Below, piece by piece: positions 38,014 to 47,406 of a stretch of DNA of 64,000 nucleotides. The position numbers and the translations under genes are program-made. Source of the stretch: Acidobacteriota bacterium (lineage in GTDB: Bacteria > Acidobacteriota > UBA6911); assembly GCA_963664705.1 (NCBI GenBank), contig OY761556.1, forward strand, positions 5,984,001 to 6,048,000. Direction: 5' to 3'. Under the pieces are notes generated by a model, which searched no databases, was not told the DNA's origin, and saw only the letters and a list, made by a program, of their open reading frames with translations. Numbering within the stretch: the stretch's first letter is position 1; every line of letters starts with the position of its first letter.

Positions 38014-39921
38014 CTACTTTGATGCGGGCGCTGCCGCTGGTTGTTGCTGCATTGAGTTTGCCGGCACTTTGATGACGGCCCTGCATTTTTCAGGACAGGC
38101 CGAGAAGCACGCGCCGCACTTGATGCACTTGGCCTGAATGACCGTGTAGACTTTGTCTTCCGATTTGTTGATGGCTGCCACCGGGCAATTGCGCAGGCAG
38201 GCTCCGCATTTCGAGCATTTTTCCTGATCGATGTCATAGGCAATCAGGGAGGCACAGACGCCCGCCGGGCAACGTTTTTGCCGGATGTGCTCGAGGTATT
38301 CCTCGCGGAAATACTTCAGCGTGCTGGCGACCGGGAACGGCGCGGATTGACCCAGGGCGCAGAGAGACGCGGCTTCCATGAACTCCGAGAGCTCTTCCAG
38401 GAGCTGCAAGTCCCCTTCCTCTCCCTGTCCGGAAGTGATCCGGTTCAGGATATTCAGCATCTGACGCGTACCCTCCCGGCAAGGGACGCATTTCCCGCAC
38501 GATTCATGGGCAAGGAAGTTGATGTAGTAGCGGGCGGTATCCACCATACAGGTGTCTTCGTCCATGACGATCATTCCGCCCGAACCCATCATCGAGCCGA
38601 CCTTGGTGAGCTCGTCGAAATCGACCGGCAGATCGAGAAGCGATTCGGGAATAACTCCACCGGAGGGACCACCGGTCTGCACCGCTTTGAATTTCTTCCC
38701 CTTCGGGATGCCGCCGCCGATCTTGAAGATGATATCGCGGAGCGAAATGCCCATCGGGACTTCGACCAGCCCGGTATTTCGCACTTTGCCGACCAAGGAA
38801 AAAATCTTGGTGCCCTTGCTTCCCTCGGTCCCCATTCCGCGGAACCATTCCGAGCCGTGATTAATGATGTGCGGAACATTGGCCCAGGTTTCCACATTAT
38901 TCAGACAGGATGGTTTTCCCCAGAGTCCCTTTTCCGATGTGTGGATGTATTTCGGACGAGGTTCCCCGACCTTGCCTTCGATGGCACTCATCAGAGCGCT
39001 CGATTCGCCGGAAACGAAGGCGCCCGCTCCGCGGTGAATTATCACATCAAAAGAAAATCCGGATCCGAGGATGTTCTTGCCCAGCAGTCCATATTCCCGG
39101 GCCTGGTCAAGCGCCATCTGCGCATGTTTGCGGGCAAGCGGGTATTCCTGGCGAACGTAGATGAACCCTTCGGAAGCTCCAATGGCATAGGCGCCGAGAA
39201 TGAGACCCTCAAGAACTCCGTGCGGGTTTCCTTCGAGCAGGCTGCGATCCATGTAGGCGCCCGGATCGCCTTCGTCCGCATTGACGATGACATACTTCGG
39301 TTCACCGTGGGCCTTCTTTGTGGTTTCCCACTTCCGACCGGCCGGGAATCCGCCACCACCGCGCCCACGCAGGTTGGCAGCCTTCACTTCGTTCAACACC
39401 GCTTCGGGCGTCATTCCGGATAGCGCTTTGGCTAAGGCCGAATATCCGCCGACTGCAATGTAATCGAGAATATTGGAGGCATCGATCTTCACGTTATTCT
39501 CGAGAAGCACGCGCTTCTGGTATTTGTAAAACGGAATTTCCTCCAGGTGAGTCAGGCGTTTTCCGCTGTCTTCATCAAGATACAGAAGCTTGTCAACGGA
39601 GCCGTTGCTGCCGGCCAGCTTGTCGACAATAGCGGGAATGTTTTTTTCCTGAGTGCCAACGTAGCAGACATCGGACGGCTGAATGACAACCAGGGGGCCG
39701 CGTTCACAGAAGCCGTGGCATCCCGTTCGGCGAACGCCTACTTTGTCGGAAAGGCCTCGTTGCCCAATTTCCTTTTCGAGCGATTCTGCAAGGGCTTCCG
39801 CTCCATAGGCCCGGCAGCCAGTGCCGGCGCAGACCGCCAGCCAGGTTTCCTTCGCGTTGCGCTTGGCGAGAATCTGATCTTTAAGTTTTGAAAGATCCGC
39901 AGGGGTTTCTATGCGAGACAT
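38014..39921 (-). CDS. NuoF/HydB-like FMN- and NADH-binding subunit with N-terminal 2Fe-2S and C-terminal 2x4Fe-4S domains
   Basis: CAGTGC..GCHGFC, LRGRGGGGFP, NADEGDPGAYMDR, NNVETW, GGPSGG, ESCGKCVPCREG, two ferredoxin motifs. Confidence 0.93.
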   Translation of the reverse strand: MSRIETPADLSKLKDQILAKRNAKETWLAVCAGTGCRAYGAEALAESLEKEIGQRGLSDKVGVRRTGCHGFCERGPLVVIQPSDVCYVGTQEKNIPAIVDKLAGSNGSVDKLLYLDEDSGKRLTHLEEIPFYKYQKRVLLENNVKIDASNILDYIAVGGYSALAKALSGMTPEAVLNEVKAANLRGRGGGGFPAGRKWETTKKAHGEPKYVIVNADEGDPGAYMDRSLLEGNPHGVLEGLILGAYAIGASEGFIYVRQEYPLARKHAQMALDQAREYGLLGKNILGSGFSFDVIIHRGAGAFVSGESSALMSAIEGKVGEPRPKYIHTSEKGLWGKPSCLNNVETWANVPHIINHGSEWFRGMGTEGSKGTKIFSLVGKVRNTGLVEVPMGISLRDIIFKIGGGIPKGKKFKAVQTGGPSGGVIPESLLDLPVDFDELTKVGSMMGSGGMIVMDEDTCMVDTARYYINFLAHESCGKCVPCREGTRQMLNILNRITSGQGEEGDLQLLEELSEFMEAASLCALGQSAPFPVASTLKYFREEYLEHIRQKRCPAGVCASLIAYDIDQEKCSKCGACLRNCPVAAINKSEDKVYTVIQAKCIKCGACFSACPEKCRAVIKVPANSMQQQPAAAPASK

Positions 39922-40982
39922 GCTTGCGCCTCCTCTTTCTGTAGTGTCTTGATGATTTTCTCGAGCTTGCTCCGTGAGGGATCTCGGTGATACTGCGAGT
40001 CGATCTGAACCACGGGAGCCAGGGCGCAGCAACCAATGCAATGGACTGTCTCGAGTGTGAATTCCTGTTTACTGTCAGTTTGACCGGCCTCGATTCCGAG
40101 CAGAGCGGAAATCCTGGTCAGCACTTCGGAGGCTCCGCGCACGTGGCAGGCCGTTCCAGTGCAGACCTGGACCGTATGCCGGCCGCGTGGTTCAAGGCTG
40201 AACGCCTCATAGAAGTTTGCCACGATATAAATCTCGCGAAGCGGAATGTTCAGCCGGCCGGAAATCCAGCTCAGAATGTGTCTCGGAAGCCAACGGAAGG
40301 TTTCCTGTACATCCAGGAGCACCTGAATCAGAGCATTCTTCTGGAAATCATATTTGCGCATGATTTCGTCGACTTTCAGCAGCTCCTCCCTGATATCCAG
40401 GATCGCCCGTTCCTTCTTTTTGATCTGGCCCAGGCTTTCCGCGTGGTACTTGGCCTCGCTTTCCAGGTAGGTGAGTTCATCGAGGAGTTGCCGTTTTTCA
40501 AGGCCAAGGGAGTATGCTTCCCCGAGAACATCCAGTCCCTGCAACAGCAGGTCGTATTTGTCGGACGGATGCGGCTGCGCGGGAGCCTGCATTTTTTTCG
40601 CTTCCCGGCGCAGGTTGCTGAGCCCAAGCGCCCGGCGCACGGTTTCAAGCAGCTTTTCCGCTTCAAACGGTTTGGTCAGGAAATCAAAAGCTCCCAGCTT
40701 CATGGATTCCACTGCGGAATCAACGGTCGCATTTCCAGTGACAACGACCGGGACCGCGGCCGGATCAATCCTGATGATTTCCGATATTGCTTCGAGCCCC
40801 GTCATCCCCTGCATTTTCAGGTCGAGGAGCACAACCCCCGGATGGGAGGACGCTACGGCTTGAATGCCTTGCTGTGCGTTTTTGGCGACAGAGGTACGGT
40901 AGCCGCCGGCTTCCAGTATCCGGCTGCACGTCTCCAGAAAATTTTCCTCGTCGTCAATAATAAGTACATCTATTGGGCGCAT
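39909..40982 (-). CDS. Response-regulator receiver domain fused to a NuoE/HydC-like 2Fe-2S subunit
   Basis: REC: IIDDE, LLDLKM, VTG, LTKPF. Helical linker. NuoE: LIQVLLDVQE, VANFY..F, CTGTACHVRG, CIGCCALAP. Confidence 0.9.
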   Translation of the reverse strand: MRPIDVLIIDDEENFLETCSRILEAGGYRTSVAKNAQQGIQAVASSHPGVVLLDLKMQGMTGLEAISEIIRIDPAAVPVVVTGNATVDSAVESMKLGAFDFLTKPFEAEKLLETVRRALGLSNLRREAKKMQAPAQPHPSDKYDLLLQGLDVLGEAYSLGLEKRQLLDELTYLESEAKYHAESLGQIKKKERAILDIREELLKVDEIMRKYDFQKNALIQVLLDVQETFRWLPRHILSWISGRLNIPLREIYIVANFYEAFSLEPRGRHTVQVCTGTACHVRGASEVLTRISALLGIEAGQTDSKQEFTLETVHCIGCCALAPVVQIDSQYHRDPSRSKLEKIIKTLQKEEAQACLA

Positions 40983-41107
40983 CGACGCCCCCTGAGTGGC
41001 TTCCATAGGCAACCTCTTGATAGCTGTTTGATTGCTTTTTTTGGCAGATAGCTTCCATCATCCAGGATACAACCGGATAGACATCACACTTTGCCGCAAA
41101 TGTGCTG

Positions 41108-41122
41108 GCAAGACGTGTGCCA
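41108..41122 (-). promoter_or_regulatory. Sigma54 -24/-12 promoter for the REC-NuoE/NuoF/HoxU-like operon
   Basis: Minus strand TGGCACACGTCTTGC is an exact match to TGGCAC-N5-TTGC, with an AT-rich region upstream. Confidence 0.78.
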
Positions 41123-41560
41123 GAACCCAATCCCAGACATCCGTTGCTGAAATAGTTTTCCAGGAAACTAACTAAAAAGAATAAAACACTTATGTTACGG
41201 CGTCCAGATTCATTTGATTCCTTTCCAAAGGAAGGCAAACTGTTTTTTGTGCGGCCGATACATTAAGTATCACAATAGAGTGAGTCGATACAAATCCGGC
41301 CAGTGGATGTGCATGAGATATGGAGGTGAGGGTGTCAAGCCGGGTAGGCCTGTGGATGAGCCCGAATTTGCTGTTTACTCGTTTGAGTAAAATATTTGTG
41401 AATTTTATCTTGACAGAATACACGCCACTATTAACAATAGGAACATAACTAATCCTTTGGTAAATGTGCGAAGTGGTGCGGGCCGGAAGTAATTTCTAGT
41501 TGGATTTTAGGCACATCGACCGAATTGCATTACCAGCCTTTTCTTTCAAAATGGTGTCTT

Positions 41561-41887
41561 ATGACATACAACAGGCGTCAGCTTTTGAAGGAACTTGATG
41601 TGCTTGTCTCCACAACTCCGCGAATCAGGCTATCTGAGATCGCGCGTACCCTTGGCGTGGACCGGCATACCATCGAAAACGCGATGCGTTCCAGCAGAAG
41701 CATCTCGTTTCGCGAATACAAGCGCAACGAGCTATTGCAGATGGCAAAAGCAATGCTCGATCAGCCCAATGTATCGGTCAAGGAAGTAGGGATAAAGTTG
41801 GGCTATTCGTCGGCGGCGTCGTTTTCCCGTTTCGTACAGAAGTCGACAGGCAAGAGTCCGAGTCAGCTTCGGAAGGAAATGGTCTAG
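41561..41887 (+). CDS. Small AraC-family protein (DNA-binding domain only)
   Basis: LSEIARTLGV..SFREY..AKAML..SVKEVGIKLGYSSAASFSRF..GKSPSQLR. Confidence 0.85.
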   Translation: MTYNRRQLLKELDVLVSTTPRIRLSEIARTLGVDRHTIENAMRSSRSISFREYKRNELLQMAKAMLDQPNVSVKEVGIKLGYSSAASFSRFVQKSTGKSPSQLRKEMV

Positions 41888-42482
41888 ACGGAAATCCGGT
41901 GGGACATCAGTTTGAGATAGGAAATAGGATCTTATATCTCAAATCGTCCGGTGCCGTTGCATAACTCTACGTGTATTTTGCCTTTTCCTAATCCCCCCTA
42001 TTTCTGATTTTCCCAGTCCTGGAATCCGTCTGCCTGGATCGTCCGTGTTATTCGTTTGTGCAAATAACCCCTAAAGTTGTCCCAATGAATTACACATATG
42101 GCTAAATAAAATGAAAAGTACGCCATATATACAATGGAATTAGCCAATAAGGTAAGCCTTTGAAGTTGCTTCATCGGAGAGCGAAGTGATCTACTAATGG
42201 CCATTAGAGTTTAGGTGTATTGCGCTTCAGGGATGGATGGATTGTGTATCGACAATCCATCGCAGTCATCCGGGATGGGTGTTGATTTAACAGTCATAAC
42301 GGGGATTCCATTTTTTGTTTTTTTCGCGGCCCGGACTGGTACCTCGAACCGAACAGTGCGGATGGTTCGGCTGTCTTCTGGCGAGGAAGGGTTGCGGACA
42401 TTCGTTCTCATCGAAGGTGGATACATTTTGACTCTGGAAACGGAAGCTTTTTCGTAGTTTTACTTTTCAGGAGGAAGCATAG

Positions 42483-45400
42483 ATGAGGAGATTTTTACTG
42501 GTAGCGATCCTTTTGGTGCTCGCTTCGGCTCCGGCTTTCAGCCAGTCGAATGCAACACTATATGGTGTCGTTGCCGACGCAACGCAGGCCGTATTGCCCG
42601 GAGTCACCGTCAAGGCGACGAATCTGGAAACGGGCATTGCGAAAACTGCGGTTACAAATGCAGCCGGCGTATACAACTTTGCGGGCATGCAGGTTGGCTC
42701 GTACGACGTTATGGCGGAGTTTACGGGTTTCCAGACCCAGACCTTCAAAGCCGTGAAACTGGGCAACAATGCTCAAGTCCGGTTGAATTTCTCGCTGGAA
42801 ATCAAAAAGCTGGAGCAGCAGGTCGAAGTCAACATCCAAGCCGATAATCTGACTTTGGATACGAGCGCTTCTTCCGGCTCCAAGCTGGACGAGAAGAAGG
42901 TTTCGGAACTCCCGGTCGTCAACAGCAACGTACTCAGCCTGATCAAGGTTATGGGTGGCGTCACCCTGACCGAGAGTCCGATTTTCGGAGCTGACGACAC
43001 ACAGTTTGCAGGCGTCAGCGCGGCTAACGTCAACCTGACCCGTGATGGCGTTACGGCGAATGACGTACGGTACAACACCGGATTGAACTCGCCCGTATAT
43101 CTGAACCCTGAAATGGTCGGCGAATTCAAGATGGTGCTGGCACCGGTCGATGCCGAGATGGGACGCGGCAATGGCCAGGTGTCGGTTGTAACCCGTTCGG
43201 GCGGCAATGCCTATCATGGCAGCCTCGTATGGAACAACCAGAACACCTTCCTCGATGCGAACGAATGGTATGAAAACAAAATCGGACGCGAGCGAGACTG
43301 GCGCAATCAGAACGAATACACGCTCAGCATCGGCGGACCGATAATCAAGAACAAGACGTTCTTCTTTGCTTCGTGGGATCACCAGTTCTCCGCGATCCGG
43401 CAGAACAACGTCAACCAGCAGGTGCCGACACCCTGCGCCCGCAAGGGCATCTTCCGCTATCTTACAAATGTGAGCGGTGGAAATGTTTTGACCAATCCAT
43501 CCGGCGATGGATCGACCTACAACCCGTATGTAACCGCAACCGTGAATGCGGATGGTTCGCCCCGAACGGATGTTATCGTTCCCGGAACCACGGCCGCGGC
43601 GGCTCTGAACCAGATCAGCGTTTTCGGCGCTCTGCTGAAGACGCCCAAAACCAACGACTGCTCCGACGTCACCGTGGATTCAGCCACCGGTTGGCCGACA
43701 GCCGATTGGGTTAATTATTCCGCACCCTATGATCCGCTGCGCACTCCGGATGCCACAGGGTATTACAAGCGGTTCCTGCCGATCATTCCGACGCCGAACA
43801 ACTACCAGGTCGGAGATGGCTTGAACTTCGGCGGCTACCGCTATGTCCGTCATCTGGACGGCGGCGACAACATCTACGGATTGGGCGAAGGTCCGAACCG
43901 GAGACAGATCAATTTCCGTATCGATCACAACTTTAATGCGATGCACCGCATCAGCGGCACCTACAGCTATGAGAAAGACAACGGCGAAGACAGCTTCCCG
44001 ACGTTGCCCTCCAATAGCTGGGGCGGCGCGCTGCTGCGCAATCCGCAAAGCTTTGTTATCAACCTGGTGTCGACTGTTCGGCCGACCCTGCTCAATGAAG
44101 CGCGTATAGGTCTCACACGCACCCAATCCCATACCTATGATCCGTACTACAACCCTAAGAACGGTGATGCTCTGAAGAATAAACTTCAGGAGCTCTTCCC
44201 GACTACCTCCGGGGTACCGGTCGTCATAGGACTTGGCGGCGTCGGATCCTATCCGGCCACCAGCAACATGTTTGCCATTGCCGGCGGTGTCAACGTCTGG
44301 GGCAGCGGCCGAGGAAACTTTGCCTCTACCTGGGGCGGCCATGACCCACGCTGGTCCTATGCCGATACCGTTACCTGGACAAAAGGCCGACATGCAATGA
44401 GGTTCGGCGCGGAGCATCAGAGAACGCAGTCGTATCAGGAAATGAGCGGCACCCTTTCCTTCACCACCGGTGCCAGTGGAATTCCGGCCGTACGCGGCGG
44501 AGCTCCGGTATACAGCGGGTTTGGCGCCAATTCGGGCCTTCACAATCCGTTCTTCCTCACTCCTACACTGCCGGGAATGGCGGGCGGTATGTATTGGGGC
44601 AACGTGTTGGGCGGCGCCTATACGCTCATGAACACGCTGGCCGGAAACATTACCGATGTTGACCAGTATCGTTTTGTCAACTCTCCGACCGCCACGGCGT
44701 ACAATGATCCGAGCAAGGGCGAGTTGATGCGCATCACCGATTACCGCGCCAACACGTTCAGCTTCTTCATGCAGGATGACTGGCGGGTAACCGACAGTTT
44801 CACTTTGAACCTTGGGATGCGCTATGACTGGTACGGTGTTCCGTACCTCAAAGGCGGCATGACCGCAGGGATCAAGGGCGGGGCTCTCAATGTTTTCGGT
44901 CGTTCCGGAAACAGCTTCGCGGACTGGATGCAGCCCGGAACCATGAACAGCAATGGTACCGTTACCTACAAGGGAACCGATGCCGTGCTGGCCTTCATTG
45001 GACCGGATTCCCCGAATCCGAATGAACAGGTCTACAACGACGATTACAACAACTTCGGCCCGGTGTTCGGTTTCGCCTGGCAGCTCCCCTGGTTCGGCAA
45101 AGGCAAAACCACGATCCGCGGCGGCTATCAGTTGAGCTACATGCCCGGTGGAAGAGCGGCTTCCGCTGCCTTCTCCATGCCGAAGATCGAGTATGTGACA
45201 GACTATAAGCCCAATTCGGCAATGCCGTATATCAACCTTTCGAACCTGTCTCAGTTGCTGCCGGTTGTACCGACTCCTTCGTACATCAAGCCGGTGGCGG
45301 CGGATCCGGTGGCCCCGGTGGCGCAGCGCTCGCAGGCGGTTACGGTATTTGATCCGAACATGCGTACGCCGTATGTTGAAAACCTCAACCTGTCGATCAC

Positions 45401-46808
45401 GCGCAACATCACATCCAACCTAATCCTGGATGTTCGCTACATCGGCACGCTGCAGCGCAAGAACACCAGCACCATCGACCTCAATTCCGCGAACATCTGG
45501 AACAACGGGTTGAAGGAAGCTTTTGATACCGCACGTGCCGGCGGCGAATCTGCTTTGCTGGACAAGATGTTTGCCGGTATCAATATCGCCGGATCCAACA
45601 ACGCCTTTTTCAACGGCTATGGACCGGTGGGAACCGTGTATAACGGTGTCCAGCAGACCGGCGCGATGCACCTCCGCGCCTTCAGCGGGACCAATGCCAA
45701 TCTTGCCAACGGCAATTACATTGCCTTGGCCCAGACGCTGGCAACGATGAACTACGATACAACCATCGTCGGCAACTCCGGATTGCCTGCCATCGGCACT
45801 GACACCAATGGCGCCGTACTCCGGTACAACAAATTCCCCGAGAACTTCATCTACACCAGCCCGCAGTTTTCCAGCGTAAGCTGGACTGGAAACCACAACA
45901 ATTCCAATTACCATTCGCTGCAGGCCCAAGTTACGATGCGTCCGACCCACGGGTTCAATCTCCAGGCTACCTATACCTGGAGCAAAAACCTCGGAGCGTT
46001 GGCCTACACCGATCCGCGAAACAGGGCATTGGATTACGGTCCAAACGGCATGGACCGCAACCACGCGCTGGCAATCAACGGCGGATTCGAGTTGCCTTTC
46101 GGACCGGGCAGGTGGCTGCTGAACGGCAAAAACGGAGTCGTATCCCGTATAGCCGGTGGATGGCAGATGAGCTGGATCGGCAACGTTTCCAGCGGCAGGC
46201 CGTACAGCATTACCACGTCGAATACGACGCTGTATGGGGCGACGGCTCCAAACCGCATCGGAACGTTTGAGCCGGGCAACAAGGGGAGTATTGTTTGGCC
46301 GAACGGCGCTTCAACCGGTAATTTCTACGCGAAAGCGGATGGAACAGCCAAGTACTCGCTGGTAGCCGATCCGCAATGCCAGAACGTCACCACCGCTCAG
46401 AACCTTCAGGGTTCGTGCACGCTTTGGGCTTTCGCTGAGAACGGCGATGCGTCCAAGTTGGTATTCGTGAATCCGTATCCGACCCAGCGCGGCAACTTCG
46501 CTCAGAATTCTCTGAGACAGCCCGCCATCTGGAGCGCGGATATGGCGATGTCCAAATCCATCAGAATCACAGAGGGTAAAACTCTCCAGATCCGCATGGA
46601 TGCGACCAACATCTTCAACCATGCACAGCCTTCGGCCGGTGCATTCCAGTCGGGCGTGGTCAGAACCAGAGTACCGGGCGCTCCCGCGGCTACGATGGGC
46701 TCCTACTTTGATTTCACCGATTTTTCTTTTGCTCAAAGGCCCCTGGGCTATGTGAGTTCGAAAGTCGGTTCGCGTACATTCCAGGCGAAGGTTCGGTTGG
46801 ACTTCTAA
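42483..46808 (+). CDS. TonB-dependent receptor, Oar-like, with carboxypeptidase-regulatory N-domain (copy 1)
   Basis: Signal peptide, GVVADATQAVLPGVTV, TRSGGNAYHGS, GGPIIKNKTFFF, QDDWRV..TLNLGMRYD, NNFGP, NIFNH, terminal RLDF. Confidence 0.92.
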   Translation: MRRFLLVAILLVLASAPAFSQSNATLYGVVADATQAVLPGVTVKATNLETGIAKTAVTNAAGVYNFAGMQVGSYDVMAEFTGFQTQTFKAVKLGNNAQVRLNFSLEIKKLEQQVEVNIQADNLTLDTSASSGSKLDEKKVSELPVVNSNVLSLIKVMGGVTLTESPIFGADDTQFAGVSAANVNLTRDGVTANDVRYNTGLNSPVYLNPEMVGEFKMVLAPVDAEMGRGNGQVSVVTRSGGNAYHGSLVWNNQNTFLDANEWYENKIGRERDWRNQNEYTLSIGGPIIKNKTFFFASWDHQFSAIRQNNVNQQVPTPCARKGIFRYLTNVSGGNVLTNPSGDGSTYNPYVTATVNADGSPRTDVIVPGTTAAAALNQISVFGALLKTPKTNDCSDVTVDSATGWPTADWVNYSAPYDPLRTPDATGYYKRFLPIIPTPNNYQVGDGLNFGGYRYVRHLDGGDNIYGLGEGPNRRQINFRIDHNFNAMHRISGTYSYEKDNGEDSFPTLPSNSWGGALLRNPQSFVINLVSTVRPTLLNEARIGLTRTQSHTYDPYYNPKNGDALKNKLQELFPTTSGVPVVIGLGGVGSYPATSNMFAIAGGVNVWGSGRGNFASTWGGHDPRWSYADTVTWTKGRHAMRFGAEHQRTQSYQEMSGTLSFTTGASGIPAVRGGAPVYSGFGANSGLHNPFFLTPTLPGMAGGMYWGNVLGGAYTLMNTLAGNITDVDQYRFVNSPTATAYNDPSKGELMRITDYRANTFSFFMQDDWRVTDSFTLNLGMRYDWYGVPYLKGGMTAGIKGGALNVFGRSGNSFADWMQPGTMNSNGTVTYKGTDAVLAFIGPDSPNPNEQVYNDDYNNFGPVFGFAWQLPWFGKGKTTIRGGYQLSYMPGGRAASAAFSMPKIEYVTDYKPNSAMPYINLSNLSQLLPVVPTPSYIKPVAADPVAPVAQRSQAVTVFDPNMRTPYVENLNLSITRNITSNLILDVRYIGTLQRKNTSTIDLNSANIWNNGLKEAFDTARAGGESALLDKMFAGINIAGSNNAFFNGYGPVGTVYNGVQQTGAMHLRAFSGTNANLANGNYIALAQTLATMNYDTTIVGNSGLPAIGTDTNGAVLRYNKFPENFIYTSPQFSSVSWTGNHNNSNYHSLQAQVTMRPTHGFNLQATYTWSKNLGALAYTDPRNRALDYGPNGMDRNHALAINGGFELPFGPGRWLLNGKNGVVSRIAGGWQMSWIGNVSSGRPYSITTSNTTLYGATAPNRIGTFEPGNKGSIVWPNGASTGNFYAKADGTAKYSLVADPQCQNVTTAQNLQGSCTLWAFAENGDASKLVFVNPYPTQRGNFAQNSLRQPAIWSADMAMSKSIRITEGKTLQIRMDATNIFNHAQPSAGAFQSGVVRTRVPGAPAATMGSYFDFTDFSFAQRPLGYVSSKVGSRTFQAKVRLDF

Positions 46809-46837
46809 TCGCAACCTGAAACCTGTGTAGTACCGGA

Positions 46838-46879
46838 CTCCCCTGTGCAGTCGGAAGGCTGTGCAGGGGAGCCCTTTTT
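46838..46879 (+). terminator. Intrinsic terminator of receptor copy 1
   Basis: ctcccctgtgcagtc-ggaa-ggctgtgcaggggag followed by ccc-ttttt. Confidence 0.75.
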
Positions 46880-46931
46880 AATGACGAATGACGAATGACG
46901 AATGACGAATTACGAATGACGAATTACGAAT
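46880..46931. repeat. 7-mer tandem repeat (AATGACG/AATTACG), seven units
   Basis: aatgacg x4, aattacg, aatgacg, aattacg, aat. Confidence 0.9.
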
Positions 46932-47406
46932 AACCCGCCAGGAAGTCGTTCTCCTTCTCAATACCTCAAATCAATCATCCTATTTTGGCCAAAATGATAA
47001 TGATGAAATGGACCGGGAAATAGCAGATGTGGCCGGGAAATTTGAAAATTGCGCCATAAAGAGAATGTTATTAGCCATTATGGTAACTGAATGCAGTTGC
47101 GTCATTGTAAGGCCCAATGGTCTACTAGGGCCATTCAGGGTTGAATGTATTTCTCTTCATGGATGGGGAGCGGCCTGGCTAGTGGCTGAAATACCCATGA
47201 CCTGGATGAGTGTTTGAAGCAACATCAATAATAACGGGGATTCCATTTTAGTTTTGCAGCACGACTGCTGAGGTTCAGAGGCAGGTGGTGGTGTCGTTAT
47301 TTGCCTTTGACGAAAGTGTCGGCTGCGAGCACTCATCTATACAGAGGAAGAATCCATTCATCTTAGGAACGGAAAGCTTTCGAGTGATCCATACTCAGGA
47401 GGAAAT

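Noticed and set aside
37464-41012. Respiratory complex I nuoEFG or an FeFe hydrogenase
   Set aside because: No other nuo genes are adjacent, and the small subunit lacks both the NuoG C-terminal region and H-cluster motifs.
46880-46931. Repeat arrays as CRISPR
   Set aside because: Units are 7 bp and contiguous with no spacers, and there are no cas genes.
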